From assembly GCF_009914755.1 (NCBI RefSeq), contig NC_060930.1: a stretch of 64,000 nucleotides of DNA; one strand, 5' to 3'. The first letter of the stretch is position 1; every line of letters begins with the position of its first letter. Positions 54,674 through 64,000 of the stretch are shown here, piece by piece. This stretch comes from the human T2T-CHM13v2.0 reference genome, Homo sapiens. Both the position numbers and the translations under genes were made by a program. The notes below the pieces were generated by a model. It made no database searches. It was not told the DNA's origin and worked only from the letters and a program-made list of their open reading frames with translations.

Positions 54674-55360
54674 CGCGCGCCAGCAAGGTTTAAGCCGCGG
54701 CGAGGGGTCGGCTGCGTGCCGGCCTGCCCCGGGGGCGCAGGCAGTCGACGGCCGGAGGCACGGTTCTCGCGGTGCCCAGAGCCCGGGCCGCGGCGGGCAG
54801 CGCTGACGCTGCGGACCCAGCGCGCCGCGGAGCCGCCCGGAGTCCGGGACGCAGCAGGGATGAGCTGGCGGCCGCCCGGCCGGAGCCGCCGCCAAGCGCG
54901 CGGCGTTCGGCTGCTGCTCCGGCAAGCGAGCAAGCGAGAGGGAGATCGGCGGCAACCCCTGCTCCTGCTGCGGCGGAGCCCGGCGTCCGAGCCGGAAGGA
55001 GCGGGAGAGGCGGCAAGAGGAGCTGGGTCTGGCCGAGAGCTCCGGGCTGGGAAGGGAGCGGAGCGGGAGCGACCAGCGAGCGCAGCCGGCCGAGGTACGG
55101 GCGCCTGGCGGCGCCGCAACAGCGGCAACAGCAGCAGGAAAAAAAATGAGAGCGAGCTAGAGAGCGCGCTGGAGAGCGAGCGAGAGAGGGAGCGAGAGAC
55201 GAGAGAGCGAGGAAGGCGCTGAGAGGGGAGGCTGCGGGAGAGGGCGGGAGAGCCGGGAAGCGCAAGGGGGCGAGGGGGCCGCAGCCGCTTGCCCCGGCGC
55301 CCACAGCCGCTGCTGCACCCGAGGAGGCACGAGACCAATCCGGCAAGTTTGCGCTGAAAG
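54674..55360 (-). other. GRM4: Second candidate non-coding first exon within the CpG island (5' end uncertain)
   Basis: Donor GCG|GTGAGT (GT at 54673-54672). Upstream sequence is CpG-dense with a CU-rich stretch, a CCAAT (55335-55339) and TTTAAAA (55399-55393, minus strand). Confidence 0.45.
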
Positions 55361-55581
55361 TGCGGGCCAAGCTCACGGCGCTTCTGCCGGCCTTTTAAAG
55401 AGAGAGCACCTGGAGCCCACCCCCTACCCCACACCTCCACCTCCGGAAGGCCAGGGCTCTCGCGGCGCTCCGCCACCCCTCCACACCCGCCCTGCTGGCA
55501 GCTCCCCCTTCCACCACACCCCACCGGCGCCCTCTTCCGGAAGCCCCCCCCTTCCTCCTCCCCGTGCGCGTGCCAGCTCAC

Positions 55582-55700
55582 CTACCCCGAGGACATGGCG
55601 GGGACCCCTTCTCACCCCAGAGGGGGAGGGTCAGGAACATAGCCTCCCTAACACACACCCAGAAAAGTACAGCAAAGCACAGGGACGCAGAGGGGCGCGC
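55582..55700 (-). other. GRM4: Candidate non-coding first exon of GRM4 (5' end uncertain)
   Basis: Donor TAG|GTGAGC (GT at 55581-55580) at the upstream edge of the CpG island, ~12.1 kb from the 43433 acceptor. This matches my recollection of the annotated gene structure, which I cannot verify here. Confidence 0.6.
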
Positions 55701-56589
55701 TACTCCCACCCTGGTGCGTCACTGGAACCTCACACATCCGCGCGCACGTGGCGTATGCCCCCATGTGGCATGTTCATTTGCACACCCCACTGCTCCTGAT
55801 TCAAGTATATAACAAGGGGAGAAACTGAGGCCCAGTGAGGTGACTCCACTTGCCCCAGATCTCACAGCCTGTCCAGGGGACACTTTCCACAGAGCCCCCT
55901 TACCACCTCAAAACCCCACCAGGCTAGGGAAACACCCCACCCGCTGGTCTCCCTCCAGCACTGGATGGCAAAAGTGTAACAGGTGGCCTCCTGGTCGGCA
56001 GGCTGCAGTGAGACTCGGGAAGAATCCCTTAGCCAACCATAAAGCCAGCTCGCCCCCTTCCCAGAGGGGGCTTGAAAACTCTCAGGAGAGTGTTGCTAGA
56101 GGCAGGCAGCGTGGAAGTGAGGGAGCCACGCAGCCCTCTTAGGATTGCAAGAGCATCTCACCCCAGACTGCAGAAGCGGCTTCAATTAGAGCCGTGATGT
56201 GTGACTGTCCTTGTCCTGGGGAGGGAGCACAACACTGTGCCAGAGAGCTGGGGGAAGAAGGTGGCAGGCAGCAGAGCTGGAGAGGTTGGCCAGAGGCCTC
56301 CCTCCCCATCAGTACCTCGACCCCCGGCTGACCTGCCAAGTGCTACCTTGTGCTTGACGATGCCCAGGCCTGGCAGGACTCGGCCAACCCTAATTTCTAC
56401 AGGGGAAATTAGGTGAGGGGAATGTCTGGGAGGGTCTGGGAATAACAGGGACAGACCCCCATCCCTTGCAACTGGACTGCCCTTTCTCCCTCCTTGCCCT
56501 TTTCCATGCTCCTGCCCTTTCCTGAAGACCTGCTTAGGCTCCACCTCCTCCAGATCTCCAGACTATGCTAGGCCAAAACCACATCTCGT

Positions 56590-57515
56590 TCAGCATCATT
56601 TGGCCATGGAGCCTGGCACCATGCCTGAACGGTAGCGTAAGCTCAAGGAATGTTTGGTGAGTGAATAAATGTTGGCAAAGCTTGCACTCTCTTTGCTGTC
56701 ACATGTAATGACCCAAATACATGTCTCATTTACCCAATCGGTCTGAAGTCTCTGAGGGAAGCACCCAGATTGTTCATTCATTCATGCTTTTATTTTTTTT
56801 AATGCAAACAACACTGACTGAGGTCCTGCTCCATTCCCAGCTCTAGGTGTAAACACACGACTGAACGCAGTTCTGCCCTTGAGGAGTGCACCCCGTGGCC
56901 ATTCGGACCTCAGCACCACACATTTTGTAGAGATATAAGCAAAGGCCTTGAAAGTTCCTGCTGCCCAGCAGCTCTGCCCAGCCAAGTGTGCACTGCTCTG
57001 GGCTTGCAGGGAACTCAAGTTATTCCTGGAGAGGCAGTGTTCTTGGGAACAGCCTGCCTGGGTTCAAACCCGCCTGTGTCACATGTGCATGTCTGGGTCA
57101 CATTGCTCAAGGTCCTCAGTTTCCTATCTGTAGAACAAGGATTACGACACTAATCTCAAAGCAGAACTGCAGGTATGGGGTGTGCATCGTTCACTGCCAA
57201 GAGGCCACCCAGTTGAGGGGGCTCAGGACAGCTCAAATTCACCCTGCCTTGGTCTTGACAAGTGACACATCCTGACTTGTGGCTGTGTCTGCCCAAAAGA
57301 TGGGTTTCCTTTTTCTGATCTTCTCAGAGGTACCATATGGGCTAGTGACTGGGGCCCTACTTACAAGGTGTTCATAAAAACAGAATGAAATAATGTATGC
57401 CCAGCACCTAGTACTGTATTTAGGCAGCCGTAAGTGGGAGCCACTGAAATTTTTAACACAGAACAGAATCCTCAATATACTTTTGTTGAATGAATGAATG
57501 AATGAATGAATGAAC
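56590..57515. mobile_element. Cluster of L2 3' ends and a MIR, ending in a (TGAA)n L2 tail
   Basis: ctcaatatacttttgttgaatgaatgaatgaatgaatgaatgaa (57471-57514); MIR core cctcagtttcctatctgtagaa near 57115. Confidence 0.7.
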
Positions 57516-57949
57516 TAATTAAAGTGAAGATAACATGGGCCATGGTTTATTGAGAGATAAAACAAACCCAGCCACTCTCCCCACCCCCTGCCCCTCAGTG
57601 TTGCTTTCACTCTGGCCATAATTATCCCACCCCCCGCCCCCCACCAGCTGTGTCGCAGAAGGCTGGGCAGGCTATATTTTTCAGGGGTTAAAAAAAGAAA
57701 CACTGTTGGCTGGCAGATGGCTGAGTTTGTGGACTCGTCCAGTTTGCAGGTTCCCAGCCTGAGGCCTAGCTCTTCCGGGCAACATCCTGACCACCCCGGG
57801 CCTCCAGACCATCACAGTGGCCAAGCGCTCCGTCAGCGGCCCTCACCTGTGGGCCCCCCTTGCCCAGCTGGGGCACGCTCTTCTCACTCTTGTTCTCTCT
57901 GCTGGGTCGTGGCTGACTTGACTTGCCATGGAGACAGACTCAGAGACCC

Positions 57950-58040
57950 AAACACAGACTCACACACACACACACAGAGACACACACACAGAGAGACACA
58001 TAGACTAACACACACACTGAGAGACACACACACACACACC
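57950..58040. repeat. Imperfect (CA)/(GA) tract
   Basis: Direct inspection. Confidence 0.85.
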
Positions 58041-59389
58041 TCAAAGAACTTCCAGTGGCGTCCCCTGCCCTGGGGGAGCTAGGGGACCATGCTGTGGGAG
58101 AAAAGCAATCAGAGATGACCTCAAGGAGTCATGTTTCAAGGGACTTGGCCTGGACCAGCTGCTCCAAGGCCTGATTTCTAACCGTGTCTCCAACAAGCTG
58201 CCTCCCCTGTAAGTCGTGCTCTGACTGGGAAGAGTTGGGGTGAGGGGAAGAGGACACAAGGTGGGAAACCAGGAAGCAGAGACTTCTGCGCTAAGAACCA
58301 TGTGACGTGGGGGAGCCCCCCAGCCTCTCTGAGCATTGGTTTTCCCATCAGTGAGACCAGGGGCTGGGCCAAGGTCTCCCTAAGGATGCTGGGATTCAGA
58401 ACTGGGTCTCACTCTTAAACCTTTAAAGGAGGCTGGCCTGCTACTCGTGGAGTAAGCAGGGAGTGATGCTGACCCGCCCGTTCCTGCACCAGTCCTCATC
58501 CAGGGAAATGGCAACACCATCTCTGCAGGGGAAGGGGAAGGGTGAAGGGAAGAGAGAGAGGCAGGGAGTTCTAGAGAAAATAATAATACAGAGTCCTGAG
58601 CCTGTGTTTCATACCTGTGTGACCTGGAAGTTCTTCCTGAGGTCTGACCTAACTCCCTCCTGCTGCATCAGATTGTTTCTTCCTGCTCTTTTTCTGGCCT
58701 CCCTGGTGAGGGAAAGCAACTCCCCCCCAACCTTTTGAAAGAATCCTAATAGAGGAGGACAATTGTCTTTGAAAATCCTGACCTTTAGGATTTGTTGAAA
58801 TAAAGTGAGCCTGGAGGTGCAGATTCCCTGAGAGAACCGAGCAGACCCAGAACACCTGATAAATGCTTCCGTGTTGAGCTGACCCAGCCATCACCTCAGC
58901 CTCTGTGTCTGATGGGTTTCAATTTTGGTTTCCCCTAAACCAGGCCATTAGATGAAAATGTCTCTGATGGGGGAGTCTGTTTAAACAATAACTGTCCCCT
59001 GGCAGGACATTTTCAGGATGAAGAGCTGACTGCAAAGAGAATGCAGTGGCCCCAGGCTCTCCAGGGAGCCGTAAGTCACCCCGCAGGCACTGAGGAGGAG
59101 CCATGGGCTGAGGTCAAGGGGCTAGGGCCCCGGGTTAACAATCCTGGGGTAAGTTGTCCCTGTCCTGCCTCCAGAGGTCACCTCAGCCCCGCTCCTTCAC
59201 CTCAAGGGCACTTAGAAATTCCCACAGCCTGCTCGGGACAGGCTGGGACAGGTATGAGTGACACCTTTGATGGCTAGGGGACAGAGCCCTGGGAATTTGC
59301 TCTTCCCTCAGGCCAGTATGAATCCAGCCTCCAGGAATCCTCCCACCTCTCTGGGACTTTCTCCAGCTTTTGGCTTGGAGTAATAACTT

Positions 59390-59703
59390 GACTAAGACTA
59401 AACTCCCCTTTCCACAATTCCAAAATCCGAAATGCTCTGAAAGCCACAAGTTTGTCCATAGTTTTCGGCAACTCAACTGGCAACAAAACTTGCATCAAAG
59501 CTATTCCCTGCCCCTGCCTAGTGCCTTGGTGGGGGAACACTGTCTGTTGCACTGCAGGAAGGCCAGCCCAAATTTGCTCTCAGGATACTGCCCCAGGCCT
59601 CCTGGGGGTATTGCATACTGTATGGCATTTGCACCATAATATCTTTCTAAATTCCAAAAAAGACCTGGCCCCAAGGGTCTCAGATAAGGGCCTTGCACCT
59701 GTA
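59390..59703. mobile_element. MER46C-like TcMar-Tigger DNA transposon relic
   Basis: attccaaaatccgaaatgctctgaaagcc and terminal ctggccccaagggtctcagataagggccttgcacctgta. Confidence 0.7.
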
Positions 59704-60167
59704 ATCATCCCATTTGGACTAAGGGCTTTCCCAGGTACACAGCGCATTTGTACCTGTACCCCACCTGCCCTGGCAGGCTGAAGGAGGAGAGAGACTGGCT
59801 GGGGCCAAGCAGGCTAAGAGCAGAGAGAGCTGGATCTGAACACAGCTCTGCTAAATGCATTCACCCAGGACTAAGCAGGAGCAGGTAGGTGAGGATTTAT
59901 GATAGAGTACATTTGGCACCAGCATGCTAGAGAGGCCTTCACACATGCTGCAGGAGCACCCCGCAAGAGTGGGGGTGCAGGACAGAGAGTTAGAGGCTAG
60001 GCTGGGGTCTCTGTCTCTTCCCACTTGCATGGAGGTCAAGGCAGCTGGGAAGGAGGGGATGCTCACCAAGTGGCTGGGGGGTGGGCAGAAGGGCTGTGAG
60101 TGGGGTGGGTGAAGGAGACGAGTGGTCCAAGGTCAACTTGAGCCTTTCCAATTGTCTGCTCCAGAGT

Positions 60168-60298
60168 TCCCTGACCTGAGAGATGATGCTTCCTCTTTCC
60201 TTCCCCAGCCTCAGTTTCCCCGCCTATAGGGCTCCCTGACCTGAGAGATGATGCTTCCACTTCCCTTCCCCAGCCTCAGTTTCCCCACCTATAGGGCT
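60168..60298. repeat. 65-bp tandem duplication (2 copies)
   Basis: TCCCTGACCTGAGAGATGATGCTTCC...CAGCCTCAGTTTCCCC(G/A)CCTATAGGGC at 60168-60232 and 60233-60297, with 3 mismatches. Confidence 0.95.
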
Positions 60299-62990
60299 GA
60301 AGAGGGAGGGAATATGAGAAAGGAAAAGCAGAGGAAGCAGGAAAACTGCTTCTTCCTTTCCAGCGGCCACGGGGCAGAAGTTGAGAGAAGCCAGGGTGAA
60401 ATTCCTCCTGCCACTGGGCAGAGAGGAGGAAGCACTTTATTCAAAAAGAAGGGAGGGATGGTGGGATTCGGGACTGCGCCTTATTCTCAGAGCAGGGCAG
60501 CAAGTGGTAGGCTGGGTGCTCAATGGGTCACCCCTAAAGCACAGGTCCTGGTGGTATGAAGCAGAGGACGCAGGCACAGGTCCTGACTGTGCCCCTCCCA
60601 CGCCCTGCCATGCGCTAAGCACCTGGTGCTGCCTCCAGCATAAGAGTGGCCAGGAAGGCAGGGATGGCTGAGGCTGGGAGGTCAAAGGAGGCCTCCCCTT
60701 GAATTAGACCCTAAAAGACAAGTAGGATTTAGAAGAGCCGAGAGACCTAGCTAAGGGGGAGTGGGATACACGGCCAGACTGAGCACCTGGCCCTCCACTG
60801 GGCTGACACTGTGCCGAGTTTACAGTAAGAATTTATTGTCCAACAAATTGTTAAATGAATGAATGAATGACCCACCTAGAAAGACTCTTTCTCCTCCTCC
60901 TTCTCTCTCTTGGTCCTCTCCCTGTCTCTTTTTTCTTAAGACTCACGATTTTCCAGCCTCTTTGCCTCGCTGCAATTTAAAACAACTTATCATCTCTCTC
61001 TCCACATGTCCGGGGGCTGTCAGCCGTGAGCCAAATGTCATTAGCATGGATGTCACAAGCCGGGATGTCAAAATACAATTAACATTTAAAAGCCCCTTCC
61101 GCCCAAGACCTCGTGGCCGCCTGCTCCTTCGGCAGAGTGGCAGGGCTCCGGGCGCCAGGGGGAGCAGCCAGGTGACAGGCACGGGAGGGGCGCAGTCCAC
61201 CTGGCCCTGGGAGGAGACCTGCAGGAGGCGGTGCCCTGGGAGGCCAGTGTCCTTGCTTCACTGCCCCCAACCTGGAGCGCTGCCCACCCCGCCCCCACCC
61301 CCACCCCACCCATCTTCCTCAGACCCTCCAATCCTTTTTCCGAGCTCTCCACTGCACTCTTCCAGGATCTTGTTGCACACACTCCACGAACAGACCAGTG
61401 TGGACACTGTCCACAGCACTCAGGGTCCTCACAAGTGAGTGTTCCATGGCACTCCACTACTTTGAGCCTTAGCGTCATCCACTGCCAAATGTGAGTCCCA
61501 ATGTGGCAGGCCACTCGGGGCAGTTTGGGGGATGAAAGAATGGAGTGAGAAATGCTTTTCAAGGGCCAGGGACCTCACGACTGGGGCCTTAGATTGTGTC
61601 TGATGCCCCTGTCTTCCAAGCAAGCTCCAGGCCCCTTGGCACAGGGCAAAGACCACACAAGCTCGTTAACTGATCGGCAGTTGAGAATACCAGGTGGGCC
61701 CCTCTGTCAATGTCCCCCTACCACACTCTAGCCTTGGTTCTACTTAGGAAACTCCATGGACAATGTTTGCTCCTTCCCAAGCAGGACCCAGACAGCTGAC
61801 AAGACAGAGAGCTGGACGTAGGCCCCGGGACCTCCCACCGGCAGAGCCTGGAGGAGCCCGCATCCCACTCAGGCCACCTCCAAGCCTGGCTGCTGCGGTA
61901 TCTCCAGCACGGACACCAGGCAGGCTGCACTGCCCTGGAAAAAGTCCCATCAAGGCAGAGGAGAAGGGGTATTGTGGTCTGGTCCTGGGGCTGAGGTCAC
62001 AGCTGCACTGCCCCCAACTCTGTCCTCCTCATTCCTGGGGAAACATGAGCTACAGGGGTGGGGAGGATTCTGCTCCCCTCGAAGGAGGCAGCAGCATTTC
62101 TGCAAACACCCCTTGTCCTCCTCCTCCTCTTCAGCTTTCTCCCTCTCTTCCTGTACCCACCTCCCAGCAACCGACCCATCACCTAGACCCCCCAAAGAGG
62201 ACAAAGCAGTGCTGGGGAAGAAAAGCCCACACGCCAGCTCCTACCCTCGTGGGCTGCATTTTAATGGCGTTTGATTGGATCCGATGCGCTTTTAATTCCC
62301 TCCTGGGACATCAGAATGAGGGTAGAAAAGAATCTTTAATTCATCAAACTGAAATATTAATAGAATTCTAACCAGCTGGAGTGGGGTATGAGGCCCCCAC
62401 AATGGAAGACAAGGGGGACAGGCAGGAGCAAGGTGGGAGGGTGGCTGGGGATGGGAAGGTGGGGCATCTCAGGAGGGCCAGGGCCTGCAGAGACCCAGGC
62501 TGGGGGTGGAGTAGGTGGCACACCGGAGCCCTTGCTGCATGCCAGGTGCTCATCAGAGTCTCCACAACAGCCCTGTGATGGACCAGCCAGTGCAATGATT
62601 CCACTCCACAAATGGGGAAGCTGAGAGGCACAGAGGAGGGAGGGTCCAGGTGTGAGCCCCTGCGGTGCGACCCTGGAGACCTCCTCACCTGCTGAGACAT
62701 ATGGACTCCACCCTGGACAAGAAGGGACCTTGGCAGAAAACCCAGGGCTCCCCGACGCACACACCCAGCTCATCCCTATATCCCCACCCCTGAGCCTCTC
62801 CTCAGCCCTCCCTACCTCCGGGATCTGCATCACCCCTTCAGGGTACAGACACGCACGCAGGGCCCAGAGAGGCCAGGGCTGCACAGAGATTTCATGCCTG
62901 GCTCAGTCTCTGGCCTCAGTCCCTGCCCCAGATTCTGGCCAGCCCAGCTCCAAGCCTCCATCCCCCACACTCCGGGCATCTCCATCCTCA

Positions 62991-63667
<677 letters not shown>

Positions 63668-64000
63668 CTAGGCTCTTTCCACAGCCACATTCAGCCGTAT
63701 TCAGCCTGGGCTGTGACATTCCCCACTGCGTGGGCACTTGACCTCTCCAGCCCAGGTTTCCTCATTGGTAAGGAGAGGAAGATAAAGCCCACAGCTCAGG
63801 CTGCTGCGATGGCCCTGTGAGATGGTGAGCACGGCTCCCCGCACACACCTCCCCTCACCGCGGTCCTGCTCCCCGACCCCAGCCCAGCCCAGCCCCTGGG
63901 CCCTCTCGTTCTCACCTCTGTGGCCAAATTACCTTCTCTTCGGCACCCAAAAGCCCCCTCCTCAACTTTCAAGGCCCAGCTTAAGCAGCACCCCTAGTCC

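Larger units (their letters stand above)
53550..55780. promoter_or_regulatory. CpG island / GRM4 promoter region
   Basis: Very high GC and CpG density compared with the CpG-depleted flanks. Contains GC boxes, an EGR site GCGGGGGCG (53822-53830) and CCAAT, and lies upstream of the first coding exon. Confidence 0.9.

Noticed and set aside
53754-55581. Multiple overlapping 150-300 aa ORFs in the CpG island
   Set aside because: Arg/Ala/Pro/Gly-rich low-complexity frames caused by stop-codon scarcity in very GC-rich DNA, present in several frames on both strands.

Overview
Primate (very likely human) genomic DNA from a GC-rich region covering the 5' half of GRM4 (metabotropic glutamate receptor 4, a class C GPCR), transcribed on the minus strand. 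It contains a CpG-island promoter (~53.5-55.8 kb) with candidate non-coding first exons, the 882-nt first coding exon (43433-42552; CDS 43070-42552, residues 1-173), a ~40.9-kb intron, and the next coding exon (1686-1470, residues 174-245 plus one base). The rest is intronic or upstream DNA with Alu, MIR, L2, old L1, MER and MLT1 relics and microsatellites. Almost all other ORFs in the track are GC or repeat artefacts. I cannot support a wholly new biological system here. The most notable items are a 19/21 RE1/NRSE (REST) site just inside the large intron, two in-frame intronic alternative first coding exons that would give signal-peptide-less receptors lacking key glutamate-binding residues, a uORF-loaded 5' UTR, several unexplained strong splice donors in the promoter region, and clusters of transcription-factor motifs (GATA/E-box, phased TGTCA, TAAT-rich islands). 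Repeat boundaries and subfamilies were judged by eye and are approximate.
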